Shown: in pieces, positions 54,430 to 64,000 of the stretch | How positions within the stretch are numbered: the stretch's first letter is position 1 | How the letters are laid out: the number at the start of each line of letters is the position of its first letter | NCBI GenBank assembly: GCA_964016885.1 | Contig: OZ024741.1 | Span: 391,158,001 to 391,222,000, forward strand | Length of the DNA stretch: 64,000 nucleotides | Reading direction: 5' to 3' | DNA from: Eledone cirrhosa | Lineage: Eukaryota | Program-made: the position numbers and the translations under genes | The notes under the pieces: model-generated | What the model was told of the DNA's origin: nothing | The model's database searches: none | What the model saw: only the letters and a program-made list of their open reading frames with translations

Positions 54430-56377
54430 CAGTTGCATTTATCTTGCTTTATGTTCATACGAGTTATCACCAAGTCACAACCAGTGACCTCAAGAGACAA
54501 CAAGGTCCGCCATGTTCAAGGAAGAACATACATACACACACATGCATTTTTAGGTGTTTAGACTTGTGATGTACTTATATTGAAAGAATCTTCCTTAGTA
54601 TATGGGCAGTTCCCATTAGTACTATCTTTTGTATTTCTCCTATACGCGGATTTCCTGGGATTTGCGATAAGTAATCATTAGACCCCTTAAGTATCATTCC
54701 CAGAGCGCCTATAACCACTGGTATTGTTTTAGTTCTCAATTTCCACATTTTTCCAATTTCTATCTCCAGGTCCTTATACTTGCTCAATTTTTCAAATGTT
54801 TTTATAGATACATTCTTGTCTATTGGAACAGACATATCAATTAGCAGGCATACCCTCTTTTTAAAGTCCTTCAATATTATATCAGGTCTATTTGCATCTA
54901 TTTTTCGGTCTGTTTGGATGCTAAAGTTCCACAAGATTGAGATGTGATCTTTTTAAAGTATGGGAGGTGGTTGATGCTCCCACCAATTCTTTTGATGGGG
55001 CAGGTCAAAATGCTTACACATTATCCAATGTATGTATTGTGCAGCTCTGTCATGCCTGTTTAGGTATTCGGTTGGAGCTATAGGACTGCACATTGAAATT
55101 ATATGGTCAATGGTCTCTGGTTCTTTTTTGCATACACGGCATAATGGGCTGCATCCATTTTTTATTATGTTGGCTTGGTAATTTTTTGTTGGCAGACACT
55201 GATCTTGTGCTGATATAATCAGTCCTTCAGTTTCCGATTTCAGTCCAGAGGATGCCAACCACTGATGGGTTAAAGTTTTGTCAACATCAGGATTGTTAGC
55301 TCGCTCTGGGTATTTTCCATACAGAGGCTTTTCTTGCCATTTCTTAGCCAGTTTCTGTAGCAGTTCTTTCTTTGCAGTTACTTTTACCTGCTTTGCTTTT
55401 TCTGTGTTTTCCATTTCAGCAGTAAATGGGACTTCTGAAATTTGTAGTCCATTACTGTATCTTTGTGCATCTTTTGTAATGGAGTATGATCTTTTGATGC
55501 TTTCGTGTTTCAAAACGAGTTTGATCATCCAATCATGTGATTCCCTTAGATATGTAGCTAATCCAATTGTTGCAGTTTTCAACGCAATGTCTAACTGGAT
55601 TAACCCACGTCCTCCTTCTTTCCTAGGGAGATATATTCTATCTGTATCTGCCTTAGGGTGATGCATTCTGTGCATGGTTAAGAATTTTCGAATTTTTGTA
55701 TCGAGCCTACGGATCTCTGTGCTTGACCAGTTGATGACATTGTAACTGTAGGTTACTACTGGTATGGCAAGCGTGTTTATGGCATCGATCCTATTCCTTG
55801 CATTCAATTCCGTTCTTAAGATTGCTCTTACTCTGCGGTAACATTCCTTCCTTATCCTTTCCCTCATTGTCGAGTGCTTGATTCCGTCTCCTTCACAAAC
55901 ACCTAGATATTTGTAAGTTTTTTCTCGATCAAGTTCTCTTATCACGTTCCCCCGATCAAGATTAATGTCTGAACTCTTCAGCAGCTTTCCTCTGCTGAAC
56001 GTTGCTTTGGCGCATTTATCTAGTCCAAACTCCATTTTAATGTCATCACTGAACTGCTCCACAGTGGATAATAGCCCTTGCAATTGTTCATCATTTTTTG
56101 CAAATAGTTTCAGGTCATCCATGTAGACCAAGTGATTAATGGTTTTGTCATAGACTTTATATCCATGCTTTGTTTCATTGAGCATTTTACTTAATGGTAT
56201 AAGTGCGATGCAGAATAAAAGCGGTGATAAAGAGTCACCTTGAAAAATTCCACAATTAATATTAACTTCTCCAGCTTCCAGTGATTTTGTTTCACTATTC
56301 AAAAGGAGTGTCGTTTTCCATGTCTTCATACTGAATGACAAAAACCTCCTGACAACGGGGGATATTTTGAAAATCTC

Positions 56378-56378
<1 letters not shown>
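54430..56378 (-). mobile_element. Second R4/Dong family, 5'-truncated, one frameshift at ~54950
   Basis: [42 protein letters not shown]; different 3'UTR; (TAA)n at both ends on the element strand. Confidence 0.92.
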
Positions 56379-56432
<54 letters not shown>

Positions 56433-56551
56433 CATTCTTCTTCTTCTTCTTCTTCTTCTTCTTCTTCTTCTTCTTCTTCTTCTTCTTCTTCTTCTTCTTC
56501 TTCTTCTTCTTCTTCTTCTTCTTCTTCTTCTTCTTCTTCTTCTTCTTCTTC
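56378..56551. repeat. Compound (TTA)n(TTC)n microsatellite
   Basis: Direct reading. Confidence 0.97.
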
Positions 56552-56787
56552 TATGGAAATATTTACATGTTGTTTAATATTCTTTTTTAATTAATGTCCA
56601 CATTAACCTTGTTACATATGTTTTCTAGTAAGAGGAAGTGGAAATTTGTATCGACAGAAACCGGACCCAACTTTAAAAAAATGCTTTTCTGTTTTTCTAT
56701 GATAAAATTCTTTTAGCATTTTCTATACATACATACATAATCCTTATCGAGCCCTCTTTGGATTTTAGTCTTCAAATTTATTATTAT

Positions 56788-56830
<43 letters not shown>

Positions 56831-56929
56831 CATATATATATACATAATACATACATACATACATACATACATACATACATACATACATACATACATACAT
56901 ACATACATACATACATACATACATACATA

Positions 56930-59085
56930 ATCAACAAAACTGCGATGTCGGAGGTGCGACAACTTAGGAGGAATATGACTACAGTCTGGCTGGACTACAA
57001 GAAAGCTTTAGATTCTGTTCCCCACTCTTGGATGATAGAGGCCCTCCAACTTGCTAAAGTCCCAGACATAATTATCAGAGCCATAGAGAGGCTGTCTTCT
57101 TCTTAGGCTACTATCCTAAGATTAAAGACAGAGAAGGAGGACTCTATTTTCACTGATAAAATAAAATATCGCAGGGGTATATTTCAAGGGGACAGTCTCT
57201 CTGTGATATTATTCATCTTGTAATTAAACCGCTTGTCCTTTCGGCTCAAGAAATGTGAGGGATACATCATTGGCTCACAGAAGGACAGAAATACGAACCT
57301 AACCCATAATTTCTTTGTGGACTATCTGAAGCTCTCTCTATGCCAGGAACATGGATGGGTTGAAGAAAAATCTTGACCTGGTTACAATGTTCTCAAAGGA
57401 TATAGGAATGGAGTTTGGTCAAGATAAATGCTCATACATGACTGTAAAGCGGGGAAAAACAACGACCCAATCTAGCAACATTGTCATCAATGGTCTAACT
57501 GTTTCACCGATATCTGATGACGACTGCTACAGATACCTGGGGATAGATGAGAACATATCCTACAATGGTATCTGTAATAAGGAACGCGTAACCAGGGAAT
57601 ACTACACCCGATTAAGAAAGATTTGGTCATCAGAACTCTCTGCGCAAAACAAAACAGTGGCTCACAATGTGTTTGCTGTGCCTGTCCCGACACCAACGTT
57701 TGGAATACTCAATTGGACAATAGACGAAATCCGAGCAGTTGATGTTGGAACTCGAAAAATACTAAACACCGGAAACCTCGACATCAACAGTGACATAGAC
57801 CGCCTTTACTTGAAACATAAGCAGGGAGGCAGAGGCCTAACATCAGCCCAGACAGCATTTGAATGTCGCATCATATCCCTCCGACAACATCTACGAACCT
57901 CGAAGCGTAGGAGCCCGTCTCTCGAGCAAGTCTATCTGCATGAAACAGATATGATCATGAGAGTTGGGAAGGAACTCCTCGAGAGATATTTCCTGTGTGA
58001 TAATCAAAAACTCACACCCAGGGATGTCGCTCAGCAGTATCGCAGTGAATCCATGGATGAAAAACTGCATTGCTTATCAGCAAAAAATCATGCATCGATA
58101 TGTTGCCAGGAAGCTCCAGAGTGAGAGTAATATAGATAGGGAAAGTAGTCTATCTTGGACCAACAACCGCTATATTGGCTCCCACTTTGAAGGATACGCT
58201 TTTGAAATCCAAGAACAGGAGATTAACACGAAATACCTGATTCACAAAAGAGATAGGGATGCAGGCAAAACACCTAGATGTGATAACAAGTGCAGACTCT
58301 GCAGAACTAACATCAAGGATATCACCCATGTCATCAGCAGCTGTCAAAAGATGTCATCGCGGTACTATCTACCTATGAGGCATGATGTAGTGGCCAAAAC
58401 ACTGTACGATGCAGTTCGTAAAAAAGATAGCCCCGATAATAAACACATTAAAAGCTACAACAATGTGGAAGACATCCATGTACATAATATGAAAGAGTAC
58501 TGGTGGAATGTTCCAGTAAAGACCCCAATAAAATGCAGGCATAACAGACCAGATATTATGATATGGGACAGGGAGAAGAAAGCATGCACAGTAGTGGAAA
58601 TTAGCTTCCCAGCAGATGCCAATATAATATCAAAGATTAGCGAAAAGGAGAATATTTATGCAGAACTGATGAGAAATCTGCAGATACTCCACCCTGATTA
58701 CACCTTCAGATTTATGCCTGTGATTATTGGGGCACTGGGATATGTTAGTAACTGCCTCAATACAAATCTTGAGAAGCTAGGCTTCACAGGAACAGAAAGA
58801 ACACAACAAGTTAGGGAGTTACAAGTACAATCCATTAATGGAACAGTAAAAATATGTAAAACATTCCACAAATTTTGCATATAATAACAGCATATACACA
58901 TGCACACATACAACTCAAAACATACAGATCCACACATACAATAACATCCATATCTACACATGCATGCATGCATACATAATATACATAGTTGATGTGTAAA
59001 TTCCAATGAGAGAGTCTTGTGTCTATGTTAGAAACCGACTCTCTCTCTATTGGTAAAACTTTGTGAAATTATAAAACCAGAAGAA
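56930..59085 (+). mobile_element. Third R4-like RLE family, 5'-truncated and decayed, inserted in (CATA)n
   Basis: [27 protein letters not shown]...DITHVISSC, RHD, RPD..EIS.P..K..IY; flanked by (CATA)n at 56847-56928 and 59086-59178. Confidence 0.9.
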
Positions 59086-59771
59086 CATACATACATACAT
59101 ACATACATACATACATACATACATACATACATACATACATACATACATACATACATACATACATACATACATACATACAAGTGAGAAAGTTATATATCTA
59201 ACACATCAAATGTAATGTTATGTACAATGTATAACTATATCCAGATAGATTCCACTGTACTTAACTTCATATTTCGTCATAGAATTTCTTATTTTATAAT
59301 TATCAACAAAATCACAGAACTAATATCCGGAGGAGGATGCACGTCTTTATGCGTGCACTTTAAACACGCCACCCTGTGCTTCATTATGCAACAGTAGAGA
59401 AGATGAGTAGATTTTCTCTAATATCTTGCTTGAGTACGTCATTATTCACGCAGTCCTTTCGATCATAGCATCTCTAGTTCAAAAGAATAAGAGATTTTTC
59501 TTCACTTGCTTTTACTGTTTCTTTTTAATATAAATTGCTGGTTGGATTAGCTTATTAGATTCTATTTAAAGCGATAACTAATTTGTTCTGTCTTCTGGCA
59601 ATCTAATCTGACGCCCCAGTCACGTCGATATATTCAACGAATTCAATTTTCATCGAAAGCATTATTGCCATAAATAATAGATTTTCGTCGAGATGTTATC
59701 AGTATTTAAATGTTAGGATACCTTTAGAGATTGAGAACAGGATTCTAGTTATTAGTAATGATTTAAATAAT

Positions 59772-60020
59772 TATTTCTACTTTTGGCACAAAGCTAGCAA
59801 TTTGAAGAAAAGGGGAAAGTCGATAAAATCAACCTCAGTGCGTTACTCGTACTTTATTGTATCGATAGTGCATTAATGGTACTTTATCTTATCAACCCCG
59901 TAAGGATGAAAAGAAGAATTAACCTCGGCGAAATTTGAATTCAGAACGTTAAGGAACGCAACTATATGCCGCAAAATATGTTGTCCAGCGCTCTACCGAT
60001 AGTACCAATCCAACGCCCTG
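59772..60020 (-). mobile_element. Older copy of the tRNA-derived SINE (longer variant)
   Basis: Homologous to 44773..44960; 17-bp TSD GTAA(T/C)GATTTAAATAAT at 59755-59771 and 60021-60037. Confidence 0.85.
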
Positions 60021-60412
60021 GTAACGATTTAAATAATGAGAATATGAACTAGTATTTCTTAGTAAGGATTCAAATATTGGGATTATGGTGCCAATTATTG
60101 ACTAGCAATGCTTCATTAGATCTTTTTTTTCTACATTCAGTTGCAATTTGAGCAGAAGCTACGAGGAAGACTAACACTATTTTCCGATACTCTTCGAAGT
60201 TTTCAAAAGATCCTTCGACAATGGATGCGTTATCCGATATATATCGCGGAAAATAAATATTACAAGGTAACAAAGTTTCTCGTTTCACTTTTCTCGTTTT
60301 CTTTTCTTCTGTTTGCTCATTATTGCCTCTATTATCGGATTTTGTTACCTTAATGTTAACCGTTACATGTATAATAATAATAATGATTTCTAAAGATAAT
60401 AATAATAATAAT

Positions 60413-60486
60413 TGTTTCTACTTTAGGCACAAGGCCAGCAATTACCCAGTTAATTACTGGTACTTTATTTTATCGACTCCGTAAGG

Positions 60487-60488
<2 letters not shown>
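60413..60488 (-). mobile_element. SINE 3' fragment between TAA tracts
   Basis: Matches the 3' ~75 bp of the SINE at 44773. Confidence 0.85.
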
Positions 60489-60573
<85 letters not shown>

Positions 60574-60576
<3 letters not shown>

Positions 60577-62707
60577 TTCAATGACTGCTTGATGTCAGGT
60601 GAGGTACCAGTGTGGTTGACAAAAGGTACCACAGTTCTGATAATGAAAGACCGAATCAAGGGTAATGATGTTACCAACTATAGACCTATCACATGTCTGT
60701 CCGTAATGTGGAAACTGTTGACAAGCATTATGTCTGAGGAAATCTACCATCACCTCCACACAAACAACTTGTTACCGGACGAACAGAAAGGATGCCGAAA
60801 GAAGTCACGTGCTACAAAGGACCAGTTACTTATTGATAAGATGGTAATGAGGAATTGCAAGAGGAGACACACTGGTCTTGCCATGGGATGGATAGACTAC
60901 AAAAAGGCATTTGACATAGTGCCTCATTCTTGGATCACCAAAAGCCTGGAGATCTTCAAGGTGGCAGATAACATCAGACAGTTGTTGGGCAAAAGTATGA
61001 AGTCCTGGGAAACAGAGTTAACATCAACTGGAGAATCCTTGGGAAGCGTGAAGATCAAGAGAGGTATCTTCCAGGGAGATAGTCTGTCCCCTCTGTTGTT
61101 TGTCCTTGCCCTGATGCCCCTGACCAGTGTACTGCGAAAAGTGAGAGCAGGATACAGGTTGGGAAAGGGAGGGCTTACCATCAATCACCTCCTCTTAATG
61201 GACGATCTTAAGCTCTTCGGGAAGAGTGAGAAGGAGTTGGATGTGCTTGTTGACACTGTCCGTATTTTCAGCAATGATATATGTATGCAATTTGGTATTA
61301 GTAAGTGTGGAGTCATTGTGATGAGGAGGGGTAAGTTGAGCAGAAGTAACGGAATCCAGATACCAACAGGTGAGATGATAAAAGAAATTGACTCTGAAGA
61401 AGGATACAAGTATTTGGGCGTTCTGGAGGCTGATGACATCAAGAACAAAAAAATGAAGGAATTGATAAGAACTGAATACCTTCGGAGAGTAAGGAGCGTA
61501 TTAAAGTCACATCTGAACAGTAGGAATGCCATAAGTGCAGTAAATTCCCGAGCTGTGTCTATTATTAGGTACAGTGCGGGAATTCTGAGATGGAATGTTG
61601 CTGAACAAAAGGAAATGGATAGGAAGACTAGGAAGCTATTGACTATCTACAATATGTTTCACAAGAGGAGTGATGTCGATAGACTCTACTTAAGGAGATC
61701 TGAAGGTGGAAGAGGTCTTATCAGCATAGAGGACTGTGTTCAGATGGAAAAAAACAACCTACAAATACGTGACTGATAGTAAGGAGCCAATGCTCAGAAC
61801 TGTACTGAAGGAGGGGACAATAGGCCAGGGGATGTCCAAGGAGGAAATAACATCAAGGAGAAAGAGCAGCCTTCAGGAAAAATCCCTTCATAGTACCTTC
61901 TTTGAGAAAACTGAATTCAGATATCCACAGACATGGAACTGGTTGAAAAGAGGAGACCTTAAAAAGGCTACAGAAGGAATGTTAATGGCTGCGCAGGAGC
62001 AGGCCCTCAAAAGGAAGTGGTTGAAACACCATATTTACAAGGAGGAGGCTAGCCCACTGTGCAGGATCTGTGGAGAGAGAGAGGAGACTGTGGCTCACAT
62101 TGTATCCGAGTGTAAACACCTAGCCCAGACTCACTATAAGGGCTGGAGACATGATGTGATGGGCAGGGTGATCCACTTGCACCTATGCAACGTAAACAAT
62201 TTACCACATTCTGAGAAGTGGTATGAGCATAAGCCAGAGGCGGTGATAGAAAACGATCAGGTGAAGTTGCTGTGGGATTTTAGGATACAGACGGACAAGA
62301 AACTGGAACACAATAGACCTGACCTAGTGGTTGTGGATAAAGAAAAAAGATCGTGCCTGATTGTGGATGTGGCCTGCCCATTCGACACGAGAGTGCAAGA
62401 GAAGGAGAGGGAGAAAATTAACCGATACCAGGACTTAAAGTGGGAGGTAAAAAGGATTTGGAACTGCCATAAGGTCAAAGTGATCCCGATTGTCATAGGC
62501 GCACTAGGGACTATCTCAAAAAGTTTCTAGGGATGGATAAAGAAAATCGGCCCCTTCACGCTTTTTGGAACGCTTCAAAAGGCATGCTTGCTGGGAACAG
62601 CAAGAACCTTCCGATACGTCCTGAATATCTGAGGCTGCAGGTAGTGGCTTGATATTCATTTCAACAAACTTTCCAGTTAACTAACATCAATGACTGAGAC
62701 TCAAAGA
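60574..62707 (+). mobile_element. 5'-truncated R4/Dong copy (family of 11135..14905); frameshift at A-run ~61750, stop at 62530
   Basis: ORFs 60574..61776 and 61736..62530 are nearly identical to the intact protein; (TAA)n 60488-60575 upstream, degenerate TAA/CTA tract downstream. Confidence 0.94.
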
Positions 62708-62828
62708 GTAATAACAACAATACTACTACTACTACTACTAATAATAATAATAATAAAAAGCCCCAGCACCACCACCGACATAGCCAACAACAATAACAGG
62801 CAACTTCAGCAAAAAGTATATTATATTA

Positions 62829-62884
62829 TTGTAATGCACTGGGTAATTGCTGGCCTTGTGCCTGGAGTGGAGACAATTATTAAT
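62829..62884 (+). mobile_element. SINE 3'-end fragment
   Basis: GTAATGCACTGGGTAATTGCTGGCCTTGTGCC..GAGACAATTATT matches the SINE tail. Confidence 0.75.
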
Positions 62885-62967
62885 AATTTCATTCTTAAGC
62901 CACGCAATGCTCACATTAAGGAACCACTCATGATAATAGCAATTTAAAAAAACAACAAAAAAGAAAA

Positions 62968-64000
62968 CCCCGTGACCAAGAAATACCCGGATGGCGGCCG
63001 GCGGGGAATAGCCGTGTCTCTAGGGGAGAACGACCCCTCTAGTCTTGGTTGACACTCGTTCTAGAAGTGGTAACACGAAATGATTACCCCTTGACGGATA
63101 AGGATAAAACACGACAAAATAAAGTAAATGTCTAATGATAAAATCTCATACCGGATCGGCCGTCACCCGGGTAAAAAAGGGCCGCGTCCCTCAGAGAGGA
63201 ACCAGACTGGGGTCGAAAAATCAGCTAATGGTTCAAACCTTTCCATCACTTCGGAGCTGGAGACCTCCCATAACCGGAATACTCCTACTGTTGGCCCTCC
63301 ATGCTCACCACCAAGAAATCCAAAGAAAAAGAGAGAAAAATGGTCAAGGGAAGATAATAAAGAAGTCCTTGAGGCTTTCTACACTGCCATGTACTACCCA
63401 TCAAATACATCGAATACAGAACAGACATATATCAACTGTAAAAAGAAACATCCCGAAAACAGAGGCTATATTGACAGTAACAAACTAGCCAATATACGAA
63501 GAAATATTGTAAAAAAAAGTTACTAACTGATATAGAAATTGATTAGATCAAGCTATTAGCACAAAGTCAGCGAAGGGAAAATGAAACATGTGTCAGTGAA
63601 AACGAGGTAAATTGTAACACTTCGAATCCCAGGGTTGGGGCGGAATCACTGACAACAGAACAAATTAAAGAAAGGATCGAAAAAGTGGAGGGAGTGCATG
63701 CTCAAGATGAAACTCCAAATGAAAACAATGAGATCGTAAATGATAAAGAAATGAATGAGAATGAACTTGCCAACTTGAAGGATGAAATTATGATCGAATG
63801 GATGAAAATGAAAGAATCTGACATGGGGGAACGAGACACCCTCCCTAAGATCCAGAACTCCAAACAGAACCAAAAGATAATACACAAGACTAACATAATT
63901 CTCAAAAACATTATCATCACAAACAAACTAAACATTACTGATTTAAATCATCTCTATTATGCATCGGATAAAGTCACCACTCACTTATGTGGAGTGAAGA
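62968..64000 (+). mobile_element. 5' end of an R4/Dong-type element: structured 5'UTR and start of ORF at 63128 (frameshift at ~63520); runs off the window
   Basis: REKWSREDNKEV.EAFY...DSNKLANIRR.I parallels RTNWTKELNRTVMQCY...DEQKLAGQARVI of the intact element. Confidence 0.8.

Noticed and set aside
59180-60400. Possible host exons in the unique-looking AT-rich stretch
   Set aside because: Only short ORFs with no recognisable domain; cannot be supported without transcript data.

Overview
Eukaryotic, gene-free, repeat-saturated DNA. The SINE family and the microsatellite load resemble octopus/cephalopod genomes; this is an inference from recalled SINE consensus, not a search result. I found no host protein-coding gene, rRNA, tRNA or CRISPR array. 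Segments 1-27.5 kb and 47.3-64 kb are stacked arrays of non-LTR retrotransposons inserted into microsatellites. Six Tx1-type (L1-clade, APE+RT) copies lie on the + strand and each ends in (TTA)n. R4/Dong-type copies (RT + CCHC + restriction-like endonuclease) end in (TAA)n, the opposite strand of the same repeat; one has an intact 1130-aa ORF. A further R4-like family sits in (CATA)n. The middle segment (27.5-47.3 kb) holds decayed Penelope-like, RTE, Gypsy and Tigger/pogo pieces, tRNA-derived SINEs and long (TA)n/(TG)n tracts. The most interesting signals were all read by eye. (1) A 5' splice-donor consensus plus pyrimidine tract is conserved at the ORF1-ORF2 junction of all five Tx1 copies that retain it, independent of stop-codon frame; splicing could fuse the two ORFs in frame. 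(2) A multi-pseudoknot RNA fold lies just upstream of an R4/Dong ORF. (3) Seven Penelope-type hammerhead ribozyme motifs occur in about 12 kb, several with very long stem II inserts. (4) A SINE-3'-end-like motif sits inside the Tx1 5' UTRs. (5) Tx1 copies with near-identical ORF2 carry swapped ORF1/5'UTR modules.
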